Both the position numbers and the translations under genes were made by a program. Source: a virus (taxonomy: Duplodnaviria > Heunggongvirae > Uroviricota > Caudoviricetes). From it: a DNA stretch of 35,029 bases. Positions 1-9,312 of this stretch are shown one piece after another. The number at the start of each line of letters is the position of its first letter. Positions within the stretch are counted from its first letter, which is position 1. The notes beneath the pieces were generated by a model that was not told the origin of the DNA, searched no databases, and was given only the letters and a program-made list of their open reading frames with translations. The stretch covers positions 1 to 35,029 of the IMG/VR virus record IMGVR_UViG_2737471845_000031. One strand, given 5' to 3'.

Positions 1-1122
1 TCACCAGTAAATATAAACTGCGCCATTTGCTCCGGCACCCGACTGACCCGTTGATGAATTAGGACATAATCCTGCACCGCCACCTCCAGGCCCAACTGCT
101 GATACCGCTTTTCCGTTAGCTGTATCTCTGAATGAACCTGCTCCTCCGGGGCCACCACCAGAACCACCATTACCAGCCCCCGATGCGGCAGAAGCAATGG
201 AACCTGGAGAACCTGGCCCAAGCGATGTATTAATTGTTCCCCCGACACCAACTGCGCCTAACCCTCCGGAAGGCTGGCCTCCGCTATAGCCTCCGGAAGC
301 TGACATGTAAGTCCCGAAACTGCTCGAGCCACCATTTTTACCGTTTACAGAAATACCAGACACAGGCGCACCACCGGCACCAACCGTAATCGAAACACTG
401 TTTATACCAGTTAAATCTACCAGTCCCTCAGCAACTCCGCCCCCACCACCTCCTCCGCCACATGTAACGGCTGAAGCGGTTGTTGAACCTATCCCTCCTG
501 ACGCACCGCCACCAATAACTTTGACGTAACATTTTCTTCCTTTGCGCAACTCTTCAGGAACAGTCCAGCTTGTTACTCCAGCCGTTGTGAAGGTAACCAG
601 ATTTCTGAACCCAAATGAACCTTCTCTCAAACCAAGGTTTTTGACAAACAGCGCAGGCTCAGGAATATCTGCGCCGTTCTGGTCTTTAGCCAGCTTTTCC
701 GCCAGCTTGTTCAGTACCGTAGTCGCAAAGTTTGGATCATTACCGAGAGCGTCAGCCAGCTCTTTAAGCGTATCCAGTGTCTCAGGGGCGCTGCCTGCAA
801 GTGCCGCAAGTGCTTTGGCCACAAACTCCGTCGTCGCCAGCTTTTTGCTGTTATCACCATTTGCAGGTGTAGGTGCTGTTGGTGTGCCGGTGAATGTCGG
901 ACTGGCTTTCGTCGCGTACTGGGTATGCGGGTCAACTGCCGCGATATGTGCAGCCAGGTCTGTTCCGCTTTTTTCGACCTTCTGTTTGAGGTATGACGTT
1001 CGGCTGGCCAGTTGTTTAGCCTGGCGGTTAGAAATTCCGTCAGGTCCGCCCAGAACGGGGTCAGAGACCTCAATCTGGTATATGCCGCTTTCCCACTGCG
1101 GGGTTTCGGGTAGATTTGCCAT
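1..1122 (-). CDS. tail fibre protein with Gly-rich C-terminal domain
   Basis: Complete 373-aa ORF (ATG 1122, stop at 1-3, GGGAGC RBS). Contains the conserved fibre motif PETLDTLKELADALGNDPNFATT found in P2 H / lambda Stf-type fibres. C-terminal ~170 aa is Gly/Ser-rich low complexity. Confidence 0.8.
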   Translation of the reverse strand: MANLPETPQWESGIYQIEVSDPVLGGPDGISNRQAKQLASRTSYLKQKVEKSGTDLAAHIAAVDPHTQYATKASPTFTGTPTAPTPANGDNSKKLATTEFVAKALAALAGSAPETLDTLKELADALGNDPNFATTVLNKLAEKLAKDQNGADIPEPALFVKNLGLREGSFGFRNLVTFTTAGVTSWTVPEELRKGRKCYVKVIGGGASGGIGSTTASAVTCGGGGGGGGVAEGLVDLTGINSVSITVGAGGAPVSGISVNGKNGGSSSFGTYMSASGGYSGGQPSGGLGAVGVGGTINTSLGPGSPGSIASAASGAGNGGSGGGPGGAGSFRDTANGKAVSAVGPGGGGAGLCPNSSTGQSGAGANGAVYIYW

Positions 1123-1124
1123 AA

Positions 1125-1703
1125 TTAACTGCTCCCGTGGTTGTAACTACCGTCATAACGGGTAGTACTGTTGTATCGAATGGCGACAGACTGATATTCC
1201 AGACTTGCCAGATGACAGCGAGCCGGAGCAAAGGCAGCAAGCGTCTGACGTAACAGCGCCGCCTGATCGTTAGTGATGGGTTGTTGAAGGATGACGCGAT
1301 AGACTGCCCAGGCTTGTGCATCACCATGGACGAAAAGCCCGTTGTACGTGTGTCTGCCGTCATAGCCAATCTGCCCCGTACCTTCAATCAGATCCACTTC
1401 GCCGAAGCCAAAACGGCGGATAATTTCCCGGATTGACCACGGTGTTCCTTTATAGCGGTGTAGCTCGATAGCGGATTTGATAAGCATGCGGCGTACATCG
1501 TCCGATTCCGCCAGTTCCCAGCCATCGCCGAACAGCGAGAACTGCTCGCCAAGCCATGGCAGCGCGGAACTGTCGACAATATCGACGAGACCGACCATCA
1601 GTACGCTCAGGTCGATGTTATCCAGCCGTCCGGCCAGTCTTCCCAGCGTTCTGAGACTGATATCACCCTCAAGCGGTGGCGGGAGTTGTAGCACCTCAGC
1701 CAT
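1125..1703 (-). CDS. baseplate protein (P2 gpI / Mu gp48-like)
   Basis: 192-aa ORF immediately upstream of the tail fibre and downstream of the J-like gene, with stop/start coupling; position and size match the P2 gpI-type baseplate protein. Confidence 0.6.
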   Translation of the reverse strand: MAEVLQLPPPLEGDISLRTLGRLAGRLDNIDLSVLMVGLVDIVDSSALPWLGEQFSLFGDGWELAESDDVRRMLIKSAIELHRYKGTPWSIREIIRRFGFGEVDLIEGTGQIGYDGRHTYNGLFVHGDAQAWAVYRVILQQPITNDQAALLRQTLAAFAPARCHLASLEYQSVAIRYNSTTRYDGSYNHGSS

Positions 1704-2799
1704 CGGACACCCCGGTCATGTTAAGAGTGATCGCCGTACAGTTTGCCCATTCGTTTTCTGCCACCACCCTCAGTGCCGGTGTCACCAGTTCGACCTGGTA
1801 CACCCCGGAAACGGACAACACGCTGATAATCTGGCTGGGAACAATATCGCGCCCCAGCGTGGCGGTACGGGATGCCACCCAGTTCTGTATGGCGCTGTTA
1901 GCGTTGTCCTTTACCAACCTTGCATCCTGATCACGATAGATCGTAATCCTGGCTTCAATGGTGTAATCCACCTGAACAGGTGTTTTAGCCCGCACGGTAT
2001 CAGTGAGTGGTCTGACTTTTTCGTCAGAACAGAAACTCTCTACCAGAGTGAGGATACTGCTGTCCGGCAGACCAGTGCTGAGCAGCGGATACAGCTCGAC
2101 AGTGCCGGGAGCGGGAGAAAGAACAGCAACGTCGACAATGCCGGGATGCGCCCCCATAGCATGAAAACGGTATGCACCACGGCTTCCGGCATTGGTGAAT
2201 GACTCCGGGGCCAGCCTGATACGCTCCCGGAGCCGGTCATCGTCTTCCTGCTCTGAACCGCCAGAGCTGGCCGTCAGATTGGTCACCAGCAGGTCAATGT
2301 TATCAATCTCATCGAGTAACTGACTGACCTGCGCCGGTTGCCAGCCGTTGCCAGCGGTACCCGGCTCGGTACAGGTGGCCGTGACATTGACCAGCAGCAA
2401 TCCGGCCTTCAGCACCACATCTGTATCGGTGGCAAAAATAATACTGTCGGAAGCGCTGACGCGGGTGCCTGCCGGGATCAGCACATCAATGGCCAGTGCC
2501 TCATCCACAGAGAACTGAAGTGTGGTGGTGGCAGGCTGCGCAGCAAGGCGGTATACACCGACCAGTTCACCGAGGTAATCAATCATCGGCTCACGGGAAA
2601 AAGCGACCAGATTCTGCTTCGCCGCCTCCTGTACTGCCACCCTGACCAGCATTTCGCGATAGGCCCACAGGTCAATCAGCAGACGTTCAGCCTGTGCCGG
2701 GTACAGCGTTTTTCCGGTATCCTCTTCATACTTCGCAATCATTTCTGCCGTGATTTTATCGGCATCGCGTTCAATAAAATCGGGTTCTGTCAGCGCCAT
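1696..2799 (-). CDS. baseplate J-like protein (Mu gp47 / P2 gpJ family)
   Basis: 367-aa ORF in the conserved position between the gp25-like wedge gene and the gpI-like gene; size and order typical of Baseplate_J proteins. Confidence 0.75.
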   Translation of the reverse strand: MALTEPDFIERDADKITAEMIAKYEEDTGKTLYPAQAERLLIDLWAYREMLVRVAVQEAAKQNLVAFSREPMIDYLGELVGVYRLAAQPATTTLQFSVDEALAIDVLIPAGTRVSASDSIIFATDTDVVLKAGLLLVNVTATCTEPGTAGNGWQPAQVSQLLDEIDNIDLLVTNLTASSGGSEQEDDDRLRERIRLAPESFTNAGSRGAYRFHAMGAHPGIVDVAVLSPAPGTVELYPLLSTGLPDSSILTLVESFCSDEKVRPLTDTVRAKTPVQVDYTIEARITIYRDQDARLVKDNANSAIQNWVASRTATLGRDIVPSQIISVLSVSGVYQVELVTPALRVVAENEWANCTAITLNMTGVSDG

Positions 2800-3137
2800 A
2801 GCAGTTCCTGAGTACGGGGTTGTCCGTCTGAGCCTTTCCAGCTCACCCGGAGCGTAAGATGTTCGCCGTCGACGGCGGGTTTAACCGACATAAGCTGGCA
2901 GCGGGGTTCCCAGCGCCTGATGGCATCGACGGATTCGCGAACCACATGCGGAATGGCCCGGTCGACAGGCCAGTCGATATAAAGGTGCAGATTGCTGCCG
3001 AACTCCGGGCGATGCGGGTCGCTGCCGCGGGGAGTCCGCAGGATGATCTGGATGGACTGCCGGATATCATCCAGCCCCCGGACGATTTCGCCGGGAGCCT
3101 GCAGAGCTGGTTGCCAGAATACTGAGGTCGTTTTCAT
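2790..3137 (-). CDS. baseplate wedge protein (GPW / T4 gp25-like)
   Basis: 115-aa ORF with the gp25/GPW-type motif region DDIRQSIQIILRTPRGS; sits between the gpV-like and gpJ-like genes. Confidence 0.75.
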   Translation of the reverse strand: MKTTSVFWQPALQAPGEIVRGLDDIRQSIQIILRTPRGSDPHRPEFGSNLHLYIDWPVDRAIPHVVRESVDAIRRWEPRCQLMSVKPAVDGEHLTLRVSWKGSDGQPRTQELLWR

Positions 3138-3193
3138 GGAGGCAGTATTGCCCCCGGGAAGTAAGCGCCGATATTAAAGGCGTTTAAGAAGGT

Positions 3194-3721
3194 TCAATGG
3201 GAATGGTGATTAGAGTTCTGACCATCAGCAAATATGTTACCCGTTGCATGGGCGCTTCCGTTGATTTCCAGATCACCATTGAGTGTCGCGGGGCCGTTGA
3301 TCGTGGTAACTCCCGTGAGGTCGAGGTTTTTCCCTTTGAGAGAGATATCAGCGGCAACCTCCACCACGATACGCTCAATACCTCCTCTGACCGTCAGCGT
3401 ATGGGTCGCGCGGTTATAACTGAACTCCGCGCCATCAGCGTATTTCGTACCCCGGACGTTTTTATCACTGAACGGCGGTTTATCGACGTCTGAGTACACC
3501 GCGCCCAGAATAACACCATCCTCGCCGTTGGCATCGAGCAGCACCTCAACCTGCTCCCCCACGTCAGGGAGCCAGTAATCCTTGTTATCCTGGGTATTGC
3601 GCTGTAGCACGTTAAGCCAGTTTGTGCGCAGATTATCGCATTCAGGCAGACGAACGCGGGCCTGAACCCTGTCGGCATCAACGGCACTGACCGTACCGAT
3701 CTGACGGGTGACACCAGTCAT
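3194..3721 (-). CDS. baseplate assembly / spike protein (P2 gpV-like)
   Basis: 175-aa ORF, Gly-rich beta-type sequence, placed between the gpD-like hub and gp25-like wedge genes as in P2/Mu tail modules. Confidence 0.7.
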   Translation of the reverse strand: MTGVTRQIGTVSAVDADRVQARVRLPECDNLRTNWLNVLQRNTQDNKDYWLPDVGEQVEVLLDANGEDGVILGAVYSDVDKPPFSDKNVRGTKYADGAEFSYNRATHTLTVRGGIERIVVEVAADISLKGKNLDLTGVTTINGPATLNGDLEINGSAHATGNIFADGQNSNHHSH

Positions 3722-4872
3722 TTTTTCTTCTCCTTAATCACCGTCGATGTACTGCCATCCGGGTGATAAACCGTGAGTTTCTGAGTTTTTTGTTTTTTCC
3801 CTCTTGTGACTGGCCCCCGTGCCACTTCCAGCTCTGTGGTGTAGCCGCTGTTACGCTCAAACGCATGGCGGGCAGTGATTATCAGCCATGGACCGGATAA
3901 CTGTCCAAAGCCCACCAGTTCAATTTTGTTGCCTGCTGTCAGTTGAGGCGTTCCCGTCAGCGTCAGGGAGCCGTTCTGCTGGTATTCGTTATGTCTGGCC
4001 AGTGCTGAATCCGCTTTAATCCGGGCACTGTCCGGGTCGCTGACGCGGCTGTTAACTTTAAGTGAGTCAGCGCTGGTAACCTTACCGCCTTTGAGCTTTT
4101 TGTCGCTTTCACGGGTACCACCATCAGCTTCGTAGACGATCAGTTTTTTACTGCTGCTTTTCTGGTGTTTTACCTTTGCAGATTTATAGACCCGGTTGAT
4201 GGTGTCACGCAGGGAAAAGCAGGCCACATCCTGCGGTTTTAACTGCCTGACCGGCTCCTGACTGCGCAGTGTGGCCAGATGAGAAAAAATCAACTGGTCA
4301 CTGACCACTTTCACTGCATAACCATACTCGCTGGCCAGCCGGCGCAGAAAACCCACGTCGGTTTCAGCATACTGGGTCACCCGGTCGATTCTGATGGACT
4401 CAATGCTGCCCACCAGTTTCAGCCGGTGCTTTCTGGCAATCCGCCCCGCAACAGCTGCCAGCGTGGTGTTCTCAAAACCACGGCTGGATTTAGTCCGCAG
4501 AGCACTGTTAACCGAGGTGGCCACCCCACGGATAGCGACAACGGACGCGGGCGAACTCACTTCGATCTCGTCTATTGAGAATGTACCGCAGGACAGCAGT
4601 TTCTCGCCCTGATAACCCATTTTCAGCGTCAGCGTGTCACCCTTGCCCGGATACCACTTATCCAGCCAGCGGCCATCGGTGTCGTCCAGCTCCACCTCAA
4701 TGGTATCGGACTCATTTTTGATGTTATCGCTCCAGACCACACGGGTGACATAAGGCGCGATATCAGAGGTGATGTTTTTCTGCAGATACCACAGAGTGAA
4801 TACCGGCGTCAGCACATCGCTGACGCCGGTTAACGCTGATGTGGCTTGCGCAGTACTGTTTATCTCAGCCAT
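3718..4872 (-). CDS. tail/baseplate hub protein (P2 gpD / Mu P-like)
   Basis: 384-aa ORF following the tail protein X-like gene; size and position match the 'late control D' tail proteins. Confidence 0.65.
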   Translation of the reverse strand: MAEINSTAQATSALTGVSDVLTPVFTLWYLQKNITSDIAPYVTRVVWSDNIKNESDTIEVELDDTDGRWLDKWYPGKGDTLTLKMGYQGEKLLSCGTFSIDEIEVSSPASVVAIRGVATSVNSALRTKSSRGFENTTLAAVAGRIARKHRLKLVGSIESIRIDRVTQYAETDVGFLRRLASEYGYAVKVVSDQLIFSHLATLRSQEPVRQLKPQDVACFSLRDTINRVYKSAKVKHQKSSSKKLIVYEADGGTRESDKKLKGGKVTSADSLKVNSRVSDPDSARIKADSALARHNEYQQNGSLTLTGTPQLTAGNKIELVGFGQLSGPWLIITARHAFERNSGYTTELEVARGPVTRGKKQKTQKLTVYHPDGSTSTVIKEKKK

Positions 4873-5075
4873 GGGGCAATATCCTCTTCTGTACGGGCAT
4901 CTTCAGCCTCAATAACCGGGATCAGTAACAACAACCCGGAGGGCAGCACCGGCGTAATGGCCACGTGCGGATTGGCTGCAATAATCCGGGGATAGCCCAG
5001 CGGGTCACCGTAGTACTGCCATGCCAGCGAATCCCAGCGCTCTCCGTCACGGGTAATATGTTCAAGAAACATCAC
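4860..5075 (-). CDS. tail protein X (LysM-like)
   Basis: 71-aa ORF; motif GERWDSLAWQYYGD...IIAANPHV...LPSG resembles the LysM-like P2 gpX family. Confidence 0.6.
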   Translation of the reverse strand: MMFLEHITRDGERWDSLAWQYYGDPLGYPRIIAANPHVAITPVLPSGLLLLIPVIEAEDARTEEDIAPWLR

Positions 5076-5956
5076 ACACTCCTCGTCAGTATTCTGGCGG
5101 CCATTGCACTTAATCCCGGAGACATGCGGTTGAATGCTGTGCCGGCGGCGTTAAGCTGCCCGGAAACGGTATCCAGAGCACCTGCAATATTTCTTTTGTC
5201 CACACCACTCAGCGCCGACTGCGCCTGCTGTACATACGTGGCTGCCTCACTGGCTGTTCTGGCCAGACTGATGGCATCGGGCATGGATTCAGAGAGTGCA
5301 TTAAACGCCGGAATACTTTTCCCCAGAGCGCCGGATATATTACCCAGTCCGCTCATCAGTCCCGGCACACGGGTCAGCGCGACAACGGGGTTACCCTTCA
5401 TTTTCTGCGCCACCCGAACGGCACTGATAGTGGTCTGGAGTACAGACTGCGCCTGTTTCGCATAGTTGACGCCGTTACGGACGAACTGCGCCACCCCGGA
5501 AGGCGATGGAACAGCACCCGATACAGCTCCGGCACCGGGAACCTGCCTGCGTATTGCCGGCGGTTGCAGAGGATTTTTCGGGTCACCGGTGTATTCCCGG
5601 AGAGACACGGTGGCACTGACAGCCAGCACGTTACCGGTGCTGTCTGTCTGCTCGCTGGTTGCGGTCACATCGGTAATCACGAACCAGCCGCGATAGTCAC
5701 CGTTGCCGAAGACCAGCGCCAGTGCCTGATGGGCCTTCATGGCTGTTCGCACTCTCGCCAGCTCCACGTCGGGCACACAATAATGCTGATGGAAGACCAG
5801 GCTTATCTGGATTTCGTCCAGCCTGTCGCCGACAAACTGCAGGCCGGGTTTACCCTCGATGCGGGCATGCTCCGCATAATCGACGCCAAACGTGGCCTCG
5901 AAGCCGTCCCAGTAGGTAATCAGTTCAAACTCAATATCACCCAGTACGGCAAACAT
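5072..5956 (-). CDS. tail protein downstream of tape measure (Mu N / DNA-circulation-like position)
   Basis: 294-aa ORF directly after the tape measure gene with stop/start overlap; the Mu N position. Family assignment is tentative. Confidence 0.45.
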   Translation of the reverse strand: MFAVLGDIEFELITYWDGFEATFGVDYAEHARIEGKPGLQFVGDRLDEIQISLVFHQHYCVPDVELARVRTAMKAHQALALVFGNGDYRGWFVITDVTATSEQTDSTGNVLAVSATVSLREYTGDPKNPLQPPAIRRQVPGAGAVSGAVPSPSGVAQFVRNGVNYAKQAQSVLQTTISAVRVAQKMKGNPVVALTRVPGLMSGLGNISGALGKSIPAFNALSESMPDAISLARTASEAATYVQQAQSALSGVDKRNIAGALDTVSGQLNAAGTAFNRMSPGLSAMAARILTRSV

Positions 5957-8421
5957 CAGCTGTACTCCTTACGTTGTTTCTGAGCCAGCAGACGCTCCAG
6001 CATTTTTTCCAGCTCATGCAGGCTCATATTCAGGGCACCAGCCAGCCCGGCAGGCGCTGCGGTTTCCTTACCATTGAGGAAAAACTGAGGATTAAAGCTG
6101 ACCTGGATACCGCCAGACGCTCCACCGCCGGTTGCAGTTGCGCCACGGCCTGAATATCCGGCAGCCATGATTTCCGGCGACGGGATACGGGGAACATCCG
6201 GTGTCATTTCAGCGGCCAGGCGCTGCCCGGCCAGTGCAGCAAGCGGAGTGGTCCGTTGCAGGCCAATGGCGGCACCCTGCGCGATATTGTCACCAAAGCC
6301 TATAAACACGCGACTCGGTGAATGGATGCCCAGCTTTTCGCTGAACCAGTCACTGATGCTGTCACCCATTCCGGTTATGCTGGTTTTCAGTGACTCCCAT
6401 TTGTTTCTGATGCCATTTATCAGCCCGTCGATAAGATGACCACCGAAGTCGGTGAACTTCGCCGGCAAATCAACGCCGAGATATTTCAGCGCAGCCGCAA
6501 AGGCTTTATAAAGCAGACCCGCCGGAGACCAGTTAACCAGCAGTTTACCAATTCCCGCGATGCCGCCGTTAAAGGCTTCCTGAATGTCAGCCCAGCGCTG
6601 TTTAAACCAGCTACTGACTGCGCCCCAGTTGCGGTAGATAAGGTAAGCTGCTGCCGCGACGGCGGTGATAGCGAGACCGATGGGATTCATCATCAGCGCC
6701 CGGCCAATCCAGAGAAGGGCACGTGCAGCAATCATAAAACCGCGAACGAGGCTGCCCGCCAGAACTTTGCTGAGTTTCAGTCCTCCGCTGGCCAGCCGGC
6801 TGAATCCAGTGACAAGCCAGCGTAATTTGCCACCTTCTCCGAGTGCGGTAGTCAGTCGACGCCAGTTGGTCCGCAGTAAAACAGCATTTTTCCAGACGCT
6901 TACAAAGGGGGAAATAAGGAGATTCAGCCCAAGCTTGAGACCGATAGTGGCCATCCTGAAAGCGAGTAATGCGCCCACAACCTTTATGGTGCTGCTGACG
7001 AGCTGCGGATTTGCCGCTATCCATTTGCCGACGCTGTCCATTAAAGGAATAAATGTTTCACCCAACTGGAGCAAAGCCGGACGCAAGGATTGCCCGATGC
7101 TGATAGCAGAATCATTAAAGCCGATCTGCATTCTGCGCCAGCGACCTTCAAGCGTATCATTCTGCTTTGCAGCATCCTTATCCAGGGTAGACATTGCAGC
7201 CGGAGCATTCATTTCCTGCTTACTGGAAAGGTATTTATCCCAGCCCTGTCGCATTGACAGTAAATGGTTGACAGTCTGAATATCGGTAAAGACCTCAGCC
7301 AGACCAAATGACTCCATGAGTTTCTGCTGACCTTCCTGATCGCCTCTTGCTCCTGCAGCTTTCCATTGCTGCAAAAACGCTTTGCCTTTACTGTCGATAA
7401 AACGGTTGGCAATCATCAGTGAAGCTTCGTACTGCGAAAAACCCTGAGCGACGTAATTCTGCATTGACCCCTGGTAATCCACCCCGGCTTTAGCATATTT
7501 CTGGATGGTATCTCCGCGGCCCATTGCTGCCAGCCAGTTGGACATATTGGTGACCGCTTCCTCTGCAGAGCCACTACCTTTACCGACCTCCAGACTGGCA
7601 ACAATCTGGGTAATCGCATCTTTTCCATAAATGCCACGGGCAGCGAAGGCTTTAGCCATACCGGGTAATGCTTTTGCCATATCCTTCAGCTCAAATGACC
7701 CAAGTTTGGCTCCTGTTGCCGCAATACCAAATGCCTGTTCAAGTTCTTTCGCATCAGTGATTCTGAGTGCATCGCTGAAGGCATAAGTCATTTTGGCAAG
7801 GTCGGTCATATCGGCTTTGGTTGCTGTAGCGGTCTTTCCAAGCATCTCTGCAAACGTTGCTGCCCGTTCGGGGGCCATACCATCAGCAACTAATTGTCCG
7901 ACTCCCCCTAACAGAGACTCCTGCAGTTGGTTAACCTTCAGCGAGGCCTGTCTGATAGCCAGGCCAATTGCACGTTCCTGTTTTGCATCCAGGTCTCCTG
8001 TGACACTGATATCCCGTAACTGTGATTCAAACGAGGCATATTGTTTAACCGAGGCCATGACCGGTGCGCCCAGCGTTCTGCCAATAGCATAGGTTTCTGC
8101 ACCCTGACCATAGAGCGCCAGGCGGTTAGCCTTCAACGCATCACCGGTGGCTGATACTGCTGACAGACGGCGCTGCTGACGTTCAATTTGCTCCATGGTG
8201 CGGCTTACCCGCAGCAACTCGCTGTTGAGATGCTGCATCCGGGAAGAACCCAGTTGACCATAACGTTCTGTTGCCCGGGTTAAGGCATTCTGGCGTTCCT
8301 GCAGACGGCGGGAGGTATCACCAAGGGAATCAAGGGCGCGTCGGGTGCCACTGACGGCTGAGCGGAAGCTGCTCCCGACAATGCCGCCAATAATGACGCC
8401 GACTGAAAATTCACTGGCCAC
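5956..8421 (-). CDS. tail tape measure protein
   Basis: 821-aa ORF, the longest in the tail module, mostly helical/Ala-rich with hydrophobic segments; located after the chaperone gene. Start is GTG at 8421 (AGGA RBS). Confidence 0.85.
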   Translation of the reverse strand: MASEFSVGVIIGGIVGSSFRSAVSGTRRALDSLGDTSRRLQERQNALTRATERYGQLGSSRMQHLNSELLRVSRTMEQIERQQRRLSAVSATGDALKANRLALYGQGAETYAIGRTLGAPVMASVKQYASFESQLRDISVTGDLDAKQERAIGLAIRQASLKVNQLQESLLGGVGQLVADGMAPERAATFAEMLGKTATATKADMTDLAKMTYAFSDALRITDAKELEQAFGIAATGAKLGSFELKDMAKALPGMAKAFAARGIYGKDAITQIVASLEVGKGSGSAEEAVTNMSNWLAAMGRGDTIQKYAKAGVDYQGSMQNYVAQGFSQYEASLMIANRFIDSKGKAFLQQWKAAGARGDQEGQQKLMESFGLAEVFTDIQTVNHLLSMRQGWDKYLSSKQEMNAPAAMSTLDKDAAKQNDTLEGRWRRMQIGFNDSAISIGQSLRPALLQLGETFIPLMDSVGKWIAANPQLVSSTIKVVGALLAFRMATIGLKLGLNLLISPFVSVWKNAVLLRTNWRRLTTALGEGGKLRWLVTGFSRLASGGLKLSKVLAGSLVRGFMIAARALLWIGRALMMNPIGLAITAVAAAAYLIYRNWGAVSSWFKQRWADIQEAFNGGIAGIGKLLVNWSPAGLLYKAFAAALKYLGVDLPAKFTDFGGHLIDGLINGIRNKWESLKTSITGMGDSISDWFSEKLGIHSPSRVFIGFGDNIAQGAAIGLQRTTPLAALAGQRLAAEMTPDVPRIPSPEIMAAGYSGRGATATGGGASGGIQVSFNPQFFLNGKETAAPAGLAGALNMSLHELEKMLERLLAQKQRKEYS

Positions 8422-8513
8422 GGTGGCTATCCTCTGAAAGCAAAAAAACGGAAGGGAAGTGTCTGAACCCCATGCAGAACAGCCGCGACTGGCGGCTGTT
8501 AAGTGATACGTTG

Positions 8514-8771
8514 TTACTGATTGTCGCCGAACTCGCTTTTGATTTGCTCTTCAGCCTGCTCCAGCCACATCTCCAGATCGTCAGTATCGAGGGCATCAAT
8601 CTCCCCCGGCTGAAACCTGAACCATCTCGCCAGCAGGCCCTGCGCCTGCATCAGTGTTTTTGTCGCTCTTGCCCAGCCCAGTGATTTTCTGAAATCGTTT
8701 CTGCAGCTCCATATAGTCGGCAAGATCCATGTTATCGAGGTCTTCCGGGAGGATACCGGTGCTACGGGCAA
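8514..8771 (-). CDS. putative frameshift extension of the tail assembly chaperone (E'-like)
   Basis: Second ORF overlapping the 3' 176 nt of the chaperone gene. Frame opens at 8771 directly after a stop, has no ATG, and encodes an acidic tail (DDLEMWLEQAEEQIKSEFGDNQ). It is in the +1 frame relative to the chaperone. Confidence 0.3.
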   Translation of the reverse strand: MPVAPVSSRKTSITWILPTIWSCRNDFRKSLGWARATKTLMQAQGLLARWFRFQPGEIDALDTDDLEMWLEQAEEQIKSEFGDNQ

Positions 8772-8937
8772 TCAGTGGTTCGTCCCAGTCTGCCGGGTCT
8801 TTGTTGATTTTGCGCACCTGCTTCAGGTCTTTTACTGTCAGGCGTTTCAGTTCAATCTGTTCAATTCTGGTACCTGCAGCAGTGGTGAAAGGATAAGACA
8901 GCGTAAAAGTATCGGACTGGGTCTGTGACATGATCAT
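8596..8937 (-). CDS. tail assembly chaperone (P2 gpE / Mu gp41-like)
   Basis: 113-aa ORF between tube and tape measure genes; ATG 8937 with AAGGAG RBS; sequence pattern LKRLTVKDLKQV...ADYMELQKRF typical of this chaperone family. Confidence 0.65.
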   Translation of the reverse strand: MIMSQTQSDTFTLSYPFTTAAGTRIEQIELKRLTVKDLKQVRKINKDPADWDEPLIARSTGILPEDLDNMDLADYMELQKRFQKITGLGKSDKNTDAGAGPAGEMVQVSAGGD

Positions 8938-9028
8938 ACTCCTTTGTAAATTCAGAGCAGTATGTCTGGCGGTGGACGTGACGGATATTAAAGGAGATTA
9001 AGAAGAAGGGGCCGGAGCCCCTGTGATG

Positions 9029-9310
9029 TCAGCAAGTGCGAAAACCCTTGCAGTTACGCAGGAAAGCGATGAGAAGCGCCTTTCCCTCAGATTTGCCGAT
9101 GCCGGAGAACCAGTGGTCGGGCGGCTCCCATGCTTCAATCAAATCGGCCAGTTTGCGGGCCTTTGAACGTGTGCAGTCAATCGGGTCATTGGTTTTACGG
9201 GTATTAAAAAGGGTTTCCACCCCCGGAATATCAAGGAGGGTAAACCACGTACCATTTGACATGCCCAGTGACGCACATCGCCCTCCTTTGTCAGTCAGTT
9301 CAACACTCAC
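9029..9310 (-). CDS. hypothetical protein (small gene between tube and chaperone)
   Basis: 93-aa ORF, GTG start 2 nt after the tube stop with a CGGGGG RBS, followed by a GGGGC/GCCCC hairpin. No recognisable family. Confidence 0.35.
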   Translation of the reverse strand: MSVELTDKGGRCASLGMSNGTWFTLLDIPGVETLFNTRKTNDPIDCTRSKARKLADLIEAWEPPDHWFSGIGKSEGKALLIAFLRNCKGFRTC

Positions 9311-9312
9311 CG

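Noticed and set aside
542-1165. Plus-strand 207-aa ORF, and the minus-strand 711-1073 ORF, inside the tail fibre gene
   Set aside because: Both overlap the fibre gene, which carries a conserved fibre motif; artefacts of the repetitive GC-rich sequence.
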